This document shows positions 32,185 through 44,750 of a DNA stretch of 64,000 nt, in pieces (the stretch's first letter is position 1; each line of letters opens with the position of its first letter). The DNA comes from Diplonema japonicum (Eukaryota; Protista; Euglenozoa: Diplonemea). The stretch lies in the NCBI GenBank assembly GCA_964019335.1, contig OZ025758.1:1-64000 (forward strand), read 5' to 3'. The notes below the pieces were generated by a model. That model made no database searches. It was not told the DNA's origin and saw only the letters and a program-made list of their open reading frames with translations. The position numbers and the translations under genes were made by a program.

Positions 32185-32507
32185 ATGGGGCTTTGATTGC
32201 AACACTAGGTGGCGTTAAGCGTGCAATGAAGCACGAACTACCTACTTGATTACAGGGGGCGCTCCTCGGCCGAGTTGTAGCTTCTTCTGCGTTCCGCGTC
32301 GTGTCCTTTATGCGTGCGGTGTGCTCAACCCTAGCCGGGGCGTCCCGGGTAACCAAGATTCTGCGCTCGTGCAGTTTGCTGCCTGTTCGTCACCCTGAGC
32401 ATCTGCGTTACGTTCTTCCACTCGGGCGCTACCGGTGATGACCGACGAGGAGGTCAACAGCGAACAACACATCTGATGTACTTCTTATATTTCCATCCCC
32501 ACCACCT
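32185..32507. repeat. ~320-bp interspersed repeat, copy A (copies B 44044-44366 and C 44471-44565)
   Basis: ctacttgattacagggggcgc...cgaacaacacatctgatg nearly identical at 44093-44332. Confidence 0.92.
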
Positions 32508-32564
32508 CAAAAAGAAAAAAAGAAAAAAGAAACCCGCAAACCCGAACCCCAGAAAGATAGTTGG

Positions 32565-32819
32565 CTAACATCCTGTTGAAGCCCCTCTAGCGATGGATGC
32601 TTGGATGATCTTTGACAACTGCTGCAGTTCGAGGAGGTCTGTCTCTACTTCTAGCAGTGCGTTGGGCTTTCTCTCTCTGGCCTGAAAGTAGTCAGGGCTG
32701 ATAGTCCGTCCTGATGCTAGTGCACCCAGTATCTTACCGTAGCAACACTTCTCGGGTGGGACTTCGATATCATCCATCTCTTTTCGTTCTTGTGCTCCCC
32801 ACTGGTCCTCAGGCTCCAT
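32565..32819 (-). CDS. Hypothetical 84-aa protein
   Basis: Complex-sequence ORF (MEPEDQWGAQ...) on the same strand as all other genes; no recognisable domain. Confidence 0.4.
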   Translation of the reverse strand: MEPEDQWGAQERKEMDDIEVPPEKCCYGKILGALASGRTISPDYFQARERKPNALLEVETDLLELQQLSKIIQASIARGASTGC

Positions 32820-33563
32820 ATTTCCCCCCCGTGTAGTTCCTTTTTGTTGTTGTTGTTGTTGTTTTTGTTGTTTAAAAAAAAAAAAAAACAAAAAAAAAAA
32901 AAATAGAAAACGTAGAAGGGAAAAAAAAGAAAAATACCATTAAGGTAGCGAACCAAGTAAACCAAAAAAGAAGAGGTAAAAGGAAATCCCTTGATTTGGG
33001 ACGTCCTGTCAAGGATTTCCTTTACTTCTAAAAGAAAACTTAATCGCAGGAAATATAAAAAAAAGGAGCAAGGAACAAAAAAAAAAGGGAGAGGGGGGGG
33101 GGGGGGGGGGGGGTTCTTTGCTGGTGTACAGGTTAGGCTAAAAAAGGGGAGAGTGACAACAACAGCAAAAAAAGGGGGGGAAAGAGATAAGAGAGGGGGA
33201 GAAAAAACAGAGCTGTGGCTTGCAACGTACAAAAACAGTTGCCTTTAAAAGCTTCAGGTTGGCAAACAGTTTTTTTCTTCTTTCCGGTGAGCGCAAAAAC
33301 GCATACCAAAGAATAGGTTTCTTCTTTTTTTTCTTCTTTTTTTTTTTTCTTTCTTATGAGCTCTTGCCTATCCACTGTTGCTCCCTGTGAATGTACATAC
33401 ACAGAATGGTTGTTCTTTTAAACTTTCTGCCCTAGGTCCCTCTCTAAAGACTCGCTGAAGGGAGGTGTCGTCACACACCTGAGGAACCAAAGGCACGATG
33501 ATTTTGGTCCTTGCTGCCCCTTAAAAATAGTAATTTAAGACAAACCCCCAAGGTGAGGACTGT

Positions 33564-33656
33564 CTCTAAGAAGAAAAGAAAAGAAATATATATGAGTTAA
33601 AGGAGGCCGGTGTTGGCGGCGCCCTGCTTAAAACTCTAAGAAGAAAAGAAAAGAAA
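33564..33656. mobile_element. 47-bp fragment of the repeat family flanked by a 23-bp direct repeat (possible target-site duplication)
   Basis: ctctaagaagaaaagaaaagaaa at 33564-33586 and 33634-33656; insert matches 44044-44081. Confidence 0.65.
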
Positions 33657-33759
33657 AAAAAGGGGGGGGGAAGAAAAAAAAAAAACATAAGGACGGAATA
33701 TAATGGGTGGGAATTTTTTTTTTTTTTTTTTTTACTTGAAAAACAAACAAAGGGGGGGA

Positions 33760-36700
33760 TTATGCCGCTTCGACGTGGCTTCCTGTGGCATATCGCTTGA
33801 CGAATTCAACTTTGTAGGCGTCCTCCAGTTTATCGCCCCCAATGTCACGCAGCACCTGCATGCTCCACAGGTCCGTTAACACATTGGTGCTTTCTGGTGC
33901 GCTAACATCGAGCTCCTCACACCTGCCGCCAGTCAGCTCAGCGATCTGTTCGAAGTTCTCTTTCGCACGCTCAGCGAGGTAGAAGGTGTGGACAGGGATG
34001 TTCTTCTCGGCCAGCAAGCGCGTCTCAGCTTCCCAGTTGGTTGTGACCTCGTAGCCTAGGTTCTTCACCGCCGTCAGTTTGGTCTCTGAGCTGGAAGGCG
34101 CATCTCCCATCAAGATGACCTGTGTCACCTTTTCCTCGTTGTTCACGTGCTGCAAGCCCACCTCCACTGCTTCGTCACCCCAACCGCCACACGCTGTCAC
34201 GTGCTGAAGGAACTCGTACAGAGATCCCGCATCGTCGCACCACTTCGAACATTCAAACAGCTTGTGGTTGTAGTTCCTGTAGACGCATATTTGGATGGAG
34301 AAGGTGCCTTCCTCTGCCTCTCTACTAATGATGGTACAGATACGTTTGAAGGTCTCGCGCAGAACAGCCTTCGCACCGTGGATGAGGTGGCTCATCGACA
34401 ACGTCGCATCTAGAAGGATCACAGTCCTGCTGGTACTGCTGGCCCTCGGGCCTCTGTTCCATTTCACAAGCTTCTGGATAAGCTTCTCCTTCGTCAGCGC
34501 CCCGTACAGCTCCTTCCTGAAGGCCATGGATTCGTCGTGATCATCCTTTGCTCTCTTCAACTCTTCCGTCTGCAGCGAGAGGTTTTTGGCGTAAAATGCT
34601 TCGCTCTCTCTAAGAAGCAGTTGGTACAGAGTGCCGGCTTTCGAGGCCTTGATGGCCTGCTTGCTGCCGATGCCGAACCTTTCGAGGTCTTCGGCGATGA
34701 GGAGCATTGAGAAGGAGCCTAGCTGTCCTTGGCGTGCGGCGCGTCCCATGATCTGGAGGTGTTCAGAGATGGGGCCCATGAAGGTCTGGATGACATCGAG
34801 ACCCCCTGCAATCAGCATTTCCTTTTGGGTCACGATGAAGTCAATGCCACGCCCGTACACACGGGTTGCGAAGGTCAGCACCCCAGGGGTGGTCGCCCTT
34901 CTCGTTCGAGACATCCTCTCCTCGTGGGTGTGCCCTTCCACCATCCTCTGCATCATCCTGACGAAGGCCTCGTCCTCTGTCTCGCTCACAAGCTTCATGT
35001 ACTCGTCCACCTCCTTCTCCGTCTCGAATAGCACAAGCGCACTCCGCTTCTGGGTTATCAGCGTCTTCTTCACCCGATCCATCAGGGCCTTGAAGTGCGG
35101 GTTGCCCTTCTCTTCTGCGCTCACGTCAGCGTTCTCTTTGAAGGAAAGGTTACTCGCCCCGTACATTGAGGGCATCACGAACATCTTCTCGATCCCGAAG
35201 CTGCGGATGACGTCCGCCTCTGCAGAGCCAGCCTTCGGAAGTGTCCCCGAGACACCGACAATGAAGTCGAACTCCTCCATCGCCAGGTGTGTGTAGGAGT
35301 ACTGGCCCAGCTTGAACTGCAGGTACAGCGCATCAGCCAGTTTCCACTCCCTCGCCTCCTTGTCACCGGGGTAGCTTTCCTTCCTGTACTCCTCATACAT
35401 GGCCCACAGAGTCCCGTACTCGTACATCTTCAACCAGTTTACAGCGTCTTGTTCCACGTACCCGATCTTGACGGTCCCGTCTTCCTTCAGCTTTTCCTCG
35501 TCCACCACCCACTCGGGGCCGCTCTTGTAGTACTTCAGGTCTTCGATCATCGAGCGAATGGCCTCCTCAAACAGAGAGAGGTAATCGACAAACTTTGTGG
35601 CCAGCTTCTTGTACTCGTCCAACTCCTTCACCTTCTCCCATTGCAGCTCATCTTCATTGTCTCTCTGTTCCCACAGGCAATCCGTGAGCCCCTTCAGCTC
35701 CTTCGAGGGGAGCTTCATTGACGGGAGGTACTGCTGCCCATAGAAGGACCCGTTGAACACATCCGCCTCGTCGATCAGCAAGCAGCGCTTTGGTGTTCCA
35801 CGCCTCCAGTCAGAAGACGACTTTCCGCGGCTTTTGCCATTTTTGAGAAGTTCCATTGCTTCATCGCGGAGGGACTTCCCCTGCAGCACATCTTCGCAGC
35901 ACTCGTTGAAAGTCCCGTAGAATGGGTTGGCTTCCAAGCGCTCCAGGAGCTTCTCGAAGTCTGCCTGGTCTCTCCTGCTGAGGTAGGAACTGTAGCACAC
36001 GACATAGGGCTTTATACCTATCAGGCCACACACAGCCGCCTGAACAGCAAGCACAACAGACTTCCCTTCGCCTGTTCCCACTTGAACGAACGACCCGTTC
36101 AGTAACTTTCCAGATGTCCATACCCCGAGCCCGCACAAGATGGCTATCACTTGCACAGTGTGCGGCCTCCGCAGGCACTCATCTTCGCTGCTGCTCCCGT
36201 CGCTCCCCATCAACGACCAGATTGCAGTGATGTGCGCAATGAGGTTTGTAAGCTTATCAGAAGTTTTGTCGAAGGACGTTCCTGACGTGACCCATTGTTT
36301 GAACGATTCCAAGAGCCCGCCCTTCAGCCGCAAGTCTTTGCCTAGTCTTTGAGCCTCGATGGTCAGCTTCTCGATGGACCCCTTTCGTGATGTCCAACTT
36401 TCCTTCACGTATTGGTTAAACAGGTAGATCACACGGTCGTGTGCTGCGTGCAACGATCGGAGAGTGTCCATCGTCATAAGGTTCCTCTCTTGGATATCTC
36501 TGAGAACTAAGTTGATGTCACGCTTCCCCACCTTCTCGTTGAAGAGGCGGTCTCTCTGTTCCTTGAACACAGTGTGCTCCCTCACAAGGTGCCCCCCTGC
36601 TCCGCTTGCGTGGTTGCAAAGACTTTCAGCAAGCTCAGCCATCATCTTCGGGCCGTTGCTCTTTGCGTGCTTCAACAAGATGGCTGTGACTCCCTTCGCC

Positions 36701-39700
36701 GCATCTTCTCGCAGTACCTCCACACCATCTGCCACCTGCTGCAGCTTCACAAGGGACTCTACCTTGTCCTTCCCCTCCAGGTCCTTGAACGTCTGCAAAG
36801 TTGACTTCAAAAGCTTCGCAATCTTGGCGTGCTCAATACAGGCGACCTCAGACACACGCTGTGCAGGGCAGCTCTGCAGATCGCCGAGGTTCCCCATAAT
36901 TTGATTCACCAAGACCCAGTCCTGCTCCACCACTGCCTGTTTCGCCGAATTGTAGAGGTCTGAGAAGGCTTCTGTTAGATGCCCTTGGACATCGGGTGCA
37001 CTATAGTTGTCCTGCCCCAGCGCTTTCGCGCCTGCTGCTGTGAAGGATTCCAGAACTTCGATTTCTTTCGCGAGCTGTGAGTAGAACTCCTTGCGCGCCA
37101 CAGAGTCCTGCGTCGCCATCGTTGGCTTTGTCAGCTCCTTCCCCTTCTCCACCAGCGACTTCTGGTGCTTGTCCACACGGGCTGCCACCTTCTTTTGCCA
37201 CTCCTTCCAGTCGGGTATCTTCGTGTCCACATTCTTGAGCGCCGGCAAGAACGAAACGTTTTCCTCCTGCAGTTCGATCAGCAAGGGGCGTATTTCCTTT
37301 ATCCACTTAGCCGCAGGGGTTGCGAGGGACCTCTCCCACTCCATCGCCACATTTTCCACCTTCCCCAGGGCGTCGTCATCGAGCACGGCAGACATCTTCT
37401 TCTCCATTTCGTCGTAGGTGCTCAAGAGCCGTGCAAGTGTTGTTGCCAAGTTGCACTTCTCGAAGAACCGCGCCATGAGGACCTGGTCACGGGGGGCGCG
37501 CGACTCCAGGCACTTAATCCAGAAAACGAAGCAACTGTCCAAGTTTGCGTTCGGTCTGAATGATTGATTAAAGTCCTGCTTGCATCGGGAAGACAGCATA
37601 TCGGCCTCGTGGAGTGAGCGGCCTGCCTTCGTTTCAAAGTCTTCGCAGTAAAGTACGTGAAGCACATGCTTGGCCTCAAGCTCGCCCTCCTTCGACATGA
37701 TCTTCTCCTGGATCTTCTCGTCACGCAGCAGGACCCCCAACTCGATCAGACCGTCCTCGGACAGGGAGACGTAGACCCCGAACTTCACGGCATTTTCTGC
37801 CTGCAAACGAGCAAACGAGCTCTCCCTGTCGCGCCTGTTGCTGGCATAGTCCACCTTCTCGTCCAGGCTGGCAACGAGGGTTTCAAACGCCTTGATCTTT
37901 CGCAGCTTCTCACTCAGCTTCCGTGGTTTCTCGAGTGATGCCCCCTTCTCAAGGTGATTATCGTATGCGACCTTCACGTTATTATTTATCTTCAACAACA
38001 TATCACGCGTCAAGCACTTCTCCTCTGCCGCCTTCATCAGGTCACTGTAGTTCATCTCGTCCCAGGTAAAAGGGTCGCCTTCCTGCAGCTTCTCGAGGGT
38101 GATTCTCGCTTCACCGTCTGCTTTCTGCAGCACTGTGGCGTACACCACCTGCACCTCCTCAGTCATCAGCGGCTCGAAGTCACTGAACGTGTTCAAGTTC
38201 CCCGCGGCCCAGATGCTGCTGTTCTCGCTCGACACGCTCAGCTGCTCCAGCACATCTTTGAACTTGGCAGAGAGCTGCTGCTTCACAACGAAGCATTCCT
38301 CTTCAAGCTGGTTCGCTTCTTTTTTTTCGAGAAGCGCCAGCGCCCTGGTCGCCAATTTCAGCTGCCCTAGACCTGCTTTCCACATGTCATGCGCACTCGT
38401 CACCATGCCGATGCTGCTTTCTTTGTTCAGTGTAGTAGAGACAACGCACCCCCGAAGCTGCTCAAGAAGCTTCCGCAGAACTGTTTTCCTGACATTCCTC
38501 ATCCTGGACTCCTCCTTCAGATTGTCATACAGCTCCAGCATCTCCTCTACGTTTGTGAACACGTTCTCGTCCACTACGCTGGGTACCTCGTAATCTAGAA
38601 TGTTACGAAGATCTGCTTTCCGTGCGGTGTAGAGGTCGCCAAACTGCTTCGTGGCACTGCCAAGCCTCGAGAGCAGAAGTGCCGCATGGAGGTAGCGTGC
38701 GAAGACCGTCTCGTCATTCTTGTCCAGGCTCCACTGCATGAAATTGTACAGCTCGGCGAGGGTCGCGTGAAGCAACGACGGAGGCCCCACATGATCCTCG
38801 TACTCGGGTGGCAACGTGCTGAAGTACTTGAACACGCTGTCTACCTTCTTGAAGGTCTCTTCCAGTGTTTGTGCCCAATCATTCTTCGTCCCGTTCACAA
38901 TAGCGTGGATTTTCTTCACCTCCTCCGCCGCCGCGTCTACTCTCTTGGACGAAGTGTTCACCACCTTCTTCACCATCATGTCTCGCAGCTCCTCAACACG
39001 TTTACACTTAACGCCGGCGTTCACCACAGTCTCCATGTACCGCAGGTGTGGTGCCAGCTGCCTCAGCGTGTCTGTTTCAGTTTCCTCGCTCCCCCTCGCC
39101 TCAGCCTCAGCCTGATTCTTCTTCGCCTCCAGCTCCTCTTCTAAATCCCTCGCTGCTGTCAAGTGCGCGGTTTGCAGGACCTGTAGTGCTGCTTTCACAG
39201 GCGCTGCTGGTTGCAGCAGCAACTCCAGTTTTTTCTTGATCTCTTCTATTTGCTGTTGCAGCCCCATCACCTTGTTATTCAGACTTTCCTTGGCCTTCTC
39301 CAGGCTCTCTGCAGGCTGTGCTCTTTCCGGGATGGCAGTGATCTTCTCAAGCTCGCTGCGCGCTTGTGTACTCTGTTTGAGATTCTCGACGCAGGTCTGC
39401 CAATCTTCGTACTTGTTCTGTACAGCTCTCTGCAGAGCACAGAGGTTTGGGAAGTCAACCTCTTCGAGCTTCTTCTTTCTTTTCTTATCTTTCGCAGCAG
39501 TGCATTGTTGCTGGCACAACATGAGGTTTTTCCACCCCGCCTCCATCACTCCCGCCTTCCTCTCGAGGTCTTCGACGTGCGACTCTGCCTCGTCCTCGCA
39601 GGTCCAGTCGTGCAACCTCAGGAGGCGGTCTCGGTTTTTCAGTTTTGCTTCCACTTCCTTCAATAACCCCCTCAACTCTGCTTCCTCCTCGCCCAGGGTA

Positions 39701-42512
39701 TGGCTCTTCGTGTTCAGCTCGTCACGCAGTGCAGTCTCTGCAGCAGCTGTCTCGTGCACTGCGGTTCCATCAGATATTGTCCCGTGCTTCTGCAGAAGGC
39801 TGAGTTTAGGGTCAGCCGCAATGTACTCTTTTCTCAGCTTTACCAACCGCCTCACCTCCCCGGGTGCTCCTTCAAGCACCGTCTCCACCTTCTGGCAGCA
39901 TTCACCAAGTGCTGCCAAGTGTGCGGCGATACACTGCTCCACCACATTTGCCGTCTTCGGGAGGGGGTGTTTCAGGTGTTGGCTTAGTTCTTGAAGGTTC
40001 GCGAGGTACTTCTCCTTGCTCGTACCCCTGTAACCCTTGTCATCCCACAGGTAGCTCATTGATAGCTGCTCGTCGTACGAAAGAGGCTTCTTATGCTTGT
40101 GCAACAGGCACTTTATTGTGATGTCAGCCTTGTTGAAGAAGTTCATCATGTGAGTCTCGAGCTCTGCACAGCTACTGTCCGTCATCGACTCATACTCTCT
40201 CTTCCACTGCTTCCCAAGTACTGTCCCGATAGCAAGGTACGCATTCACATCGTCATCGGAGGCAGTCCCCATCACCGTCTTGAACTGATTCTCGATGCGC
40301 TTCGCTTCCTCGCTCAGGTCCTTGCCAAGCGAGTCTACGTTCACTTCAAGGTCTTTAAGCTTCCCACCCTTCTTCACCACCTGCACCAGGAATTCAAGGT
40401 TATTCTCCAAGCTGTCGAGTCCGTTCGGAAGCTGATTCGTCCTCTTTTTTGCCTCCTCCAGCCTCTCTTCCAGCATCTCCTCCACTGCTCTTGCCGCTTC
40501 GGTGTAGTCACAAAGGCTTTCACTACCACCACCACCTCTTAGACAGGAGGCTGTGTCCGAACACTTTCTGAGGTGCTCGATCATAATCTTCACGTCCTCC
40601 CCCGTTTTGGCCTCCGCCACCGCAAGTTTACGTGAGGCTTTGAACCTTTCGTCTAGCTCGTTGTATGCCTCCGTCAGGGGCCCAGCCACCTCGAGACACC
40701 CTGCCTCGAGCAGATCTTTGCACTTCTGGAAAACCTTCATGTTGGGCTTCTCGCTTTTGATGGCATCCTCCAAGAATTGCTTCGTCCGCAGCCTCACATT
40801 CACGCTGTCCCATACGAGCTTATGGTAGTACACAAAGAAGTGCTGCCACATCACAGCCACATCCTCCTTCAAGGCGACGATGCTGCAGGGCGGAACTCTG
40901 ATATGCGGGTCGAAGAAGTAGTGGTCCAAGAGTTGTTTCGCATCGTTCAGGCGCGAATCCACCTTAACCCGCACCTGCAGCTCGCACTCCTTCACGCTGT
41001 TATCGAGTGCCCCCGCTTGGGCGAACAGGCCACGTGTTTCCTGCACTTTGTTGAGGATGCTCACCGCACGCTCATAGTTCTTCTTCTCGATAAGCCTCAC
41101 GATCGCATCCTTGTCCACCATATTCTGGAGAACCATGATCTTCATGGTCTCATCAGAGGGGGAAGAGCGGAAGGCAGTACAAGGGGTTCCGATGGCTGGC
41201 CTCGCCAGAACCGCCTCCAGCACCTCCGACGGGGTCCTCCTGTTGCTGCTGCCCCTGGCGACTACTGGCTCGATGCGCTGCGCCATGTTGCTCAGGAAGT
41301 GTCGCTTCGGGTCCTTGGCGATGTTCGCGTCCCTCCCTGGCCTTGTCCTCGATGTCCATCAGCACTTCGTGCAGGTCCTCGTCCTCCACTTGGTTCTCAC
41401 CATTGAAGTAGTCCTTAACAAAGGAACCCCACAACTCCTTCTCAACGGGGCACGACACGTATCTCTCGTCAGGAGTGATGTACCCAATACGCGTCCTGGA
41501 CAAGTAGACGGCACCTGTTTCCACAGCTTCCTCTTGCTCGGTTTGGGTTGCCTCTCCCTCCAGCCGCTTCACCGGTGGCAATGTCAGCTGCTGTTGAAGT
41601 AGCTCGTACAGTTTCACCGTTGAGCTGCCGCGCGACTGCTTCTTCACATCCTCGAGTACATCTGTCGCATCCGCCTTGAGTGAGAAGTAAGTTTGGTCCG
41701 CCTGAGTCTTGGTGAGGCCAAAGGTGGTACCTTTGAGGACTTCTTTCTGTCGTGAGGGCTCCACGAGGTCCGACAGCCCGCGCATCATGTCCCTTAAGGT
41801 GGCTCCGCGGGTTTGGTCGAACCTGGAGTCCGTGAGCACGAGGAGGCGCACGCTAGCACACTCACGAAGGGCACCACCCAGTACAGCATTGCAGCCGGCC
41901 GCGAACTCGGGTCCCCGTGTGTCGCCCCATCCCACAGTGTCGAGCAGCATAACCGACGGGTGCCCAGGGCAGGGAACCGCCCCTAGGAATGTAGTAGTGC
42001 TGCTTTGCTTGTTCCCAATATCGAAGTCCTCCATCCCGCGAGCTGCTTCCACGACGTCGATCTTTCCGCGCATGTTGCGCTTCAGCTGCGAGCCTGCTAA
42101 GTAGTGTAGCGTGGTGCTCTTGCCTGCGCCGCTGAGCGCTACCAGCACCACAACGTGCTTCCCCTTCACGTCAGAGATGCACCCTTTTGAGCGGTTGAAC
42201 GCATCCACCAGCATCGGTGTGTCGTAGGGCCGCACATCGTTTAGAAGGGTCTCCACACTCTTGAGCAGGAGGTCCACGTCGTCCCCCATGCTCGCATGCT
42301 GCTCAACCAATTGTGCTGTCCTGGAGGGCTGTCCTGCTCCCGTACCCGTCCGCTTCCACGAGGGTCTTGATCTCTTGCAGCTCCAACTGAAGGTCCTCCT
42401 GCATTTGATCCTTAAGCCTTAAAGCGTCCGTCAGCACCTCCACAGCAGGACGCCTCACCCCATTGTAGGTGGTGCTGCCAGGCGACCTTTCTGATAAGCT
42501 CGACGTCGACAT
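33760..42512 (-). CDS. Giant P-loop GTPase / long helical region / SecA-like DEAD helicase / vWA protein split into three ORFs by two +1 frame changes (~42330, ~41335)
   Basis: ALSGAGKSTT (G1), LLDTVGWGD (G3); QVGTGEGKS, LLIDEADV, GVSGT, ATRVYGRGIDF, QIMGRAARQGQLG (SecA-like motifs); VILLDATLSMS, GGWGDEAVE, ILMGDAP (vWA). Confidence 0.78.
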
Positions 42513-44012
42513 CTTAAAAAGGTTGTTTGAACAGGTGTAGTTATCTGGGTGAGGTGGGTTTTGTGTTTGGAATTTAAAAAAAAAAAATAAGAGGGGAATA
42601 AAAAAAAAAAGACAAGCTAATAATAGGTTGAGGGGGAGGAAAGGCCAAAAGAAAAGAACAAGTTTTTTTCTCCCCCCCCTTCCTCTCTTTTGGCTGAGAA
42701 TGACGATCTTAGAAAAGAATCAAAAAAAAAAAGAAGAAGAAGGAGAGTGGGAGAGGAGAGGAACTTAACCATCTATTCCGGGGGGGTTTTTTAAATTGTT
42801 TTACAGTTCCCTCGCTTGAAGGGCTGCTCCCTTGCTCGAGGTGTCTGGGCACTTGTACACTTGTACCCCGAGCCGAGGATGTTGACACTGCGATGGACGT
42901 CCCTTGGGCCACTGTGCCCCATCAGCACCATTTCACGGTACCTTCAGCCAGGCAACTATTTTCGATAAGTGGAGTGTACCTTTAATGCAGAGGTGAGTCG
43001 GGAAAAAGAGGGGGGGGGGGGTTAACTGCCTTCTGCAAGTGTCGCCCACGTACCCCACAGCTTAATTTGTTTCATTTTCTTTTCTATTCCCCCCCACCTC
43101 CCCCCTTTTTTTTTGTTTTTTCTCATTTTCTTGCTTTTCAAGAGAAAAGAAAGAAAAAAAAAAGAAATGTGTTCTGTTGTAGGGTGAGGGGTGGGGAAGG
43201 TGTACATGGTTTTCTTTCTATTTGTGTGTTAGCTTTTTTTTTCTTCTTTTTCAGGGAAGAAAAAAAATACGAAAATGTTGCGGGGGGGGGGGGGGGGTGT
43301 TTCTCTTCTTTCTGCTGAACTATTAAATTTACTCAAAACTAGTGTCGGTTTCTAGATAGCAAAAAGTAGGGGGGGGGAAGATGCTATTTTTTTTTCATCG
43401 TTGCATGTGTACTGTTTACGGTATCCCGCAGAAAGGTAAAAGCCAAACAAAAAGGTCCCCCCCCCCCCCTTGACCCCTTTTAAAAGATCTTTCACAGGTC
43501 CCTACTTAGGAAAAAAGTTGAAACTTGATCGATTACTACCCACCACCCACTCCTTCAAAAAATAGAAAAAAAAATCCCCCTCCCCAAAGAAAACTCTTTT
43601 TTTTAGAGTCCCGTGTAACTTCCCGAAATTTAGATATCGGTTACCCTAGTAAAGAGAAGACTTGTAACAAACAGCGCAACCAAACAACAAAAAGAAGGAG
43701 GAAAAAAAAAAAGGAGGATGTCCTTGTGTAAGTGGGTTTTAAAAATAAATTTAAAAAAAAAAAGGAAAAAGCTGATCTGTGATATCGCTGCATCTTTTTT
43801 TTTTTTTTTTTTTTTTTTTTCGTTCTTTCATCTTGCCGTACACGTTATACCGGTGCCATTGGTATTTTTGGACTTTTTAATTAGGGTCATAATTTGGCCT
43901 GAGCGGGACTGTGTGCTATCCAGCGCACCCCTCTTTTTTTTTTGGTGCGAAAATTTGGGGAAATGAGAAAGGCTACATTTGTGGTCTAAATATAACGTGC
44001 ATGCATATGTTC

Positions 44013-44043
<31 letters not shown>

Positions 44044-44044
<1 letters not shown>

Positions 44045-44565
44045 TATGAGTTAAAGGAGGCCGGTGTTGGCGGCGCCCTGCACAAGAACTGTCTACTTGA
44101 TTACAGGGGGCGCACCGCGGCCGAGTTGTAGCTTCTTCTGCGTTCCGCGTCGTGTCCTTAATGCGTGCGGTGTACAGCTCAACCCTAGCCGGGGCGTCCC
44201 GGGTAACCAAGATTCTGCGCTCGTGCAGTTTGCTGCCTGTTCGTCACCCTGAGCATCTGCAATACGTTCTTCCACTCGGGCGCTACCGGTGATGACCGAC
44301 GAGGAGGTCAACAGCGAACAACACATCTGATGTTTTTCTTATATTTTCATGTTATCCCCACCACCTTGAAAAAAAAAAGAAGAACTTAAAACGAACACTT
44401 TAGATGATTTGCATGTGGGAGGCGGGGTGGTGTATGAGAGGAAAAAAGAAGAAAAAAAAAAAAAAAAAGGATGGGGCTTTGATTGCAACACTAGGTGGCG
44501 TTAATCGTCGTGTCCTTAATGCGTGCGGTGTGCTCAACCCTAGCCGGGGCGTCCCGGGTAACCAA
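44044..44565. repeat. Repeat copies B (44044-44366) and internally deleted C (44471-44565)
   Basis: Direct similarity to 32185-32507 and 33590-33627. Confidence 0.9.
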
Positions 44566-44750
44566 CTTCTAAAGGAAACCAGCTATTTTTTCTCCTTTCC
44601 TTTTTGTGTCAAAAAAAGGATTAAATGAAAGGAATACCGGAAGAAGAAAAAAGAGGGGGGGGAAAAAAATAATACAAAAAGAGAGGCTTTTTTTTTCCTT
44701 CTTTTTTTTTTTTTTTTTCCCTTCGTGAACCCAAAAAAAAAAAAAAACCC

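Noticed and set aside
32330-32350. Helitron-like hairpin + CTAG inside the 300-bp repeat
   Set aside because: Motif is internal, not terminal, and lacks the usual spacing between hairpin and CTAG.
42709-43060. Complex-sequence island with short ORF upstream of the GTPase gene
   Set aside because: No ATG-started ORF or convincing splice path; cannot support a call.
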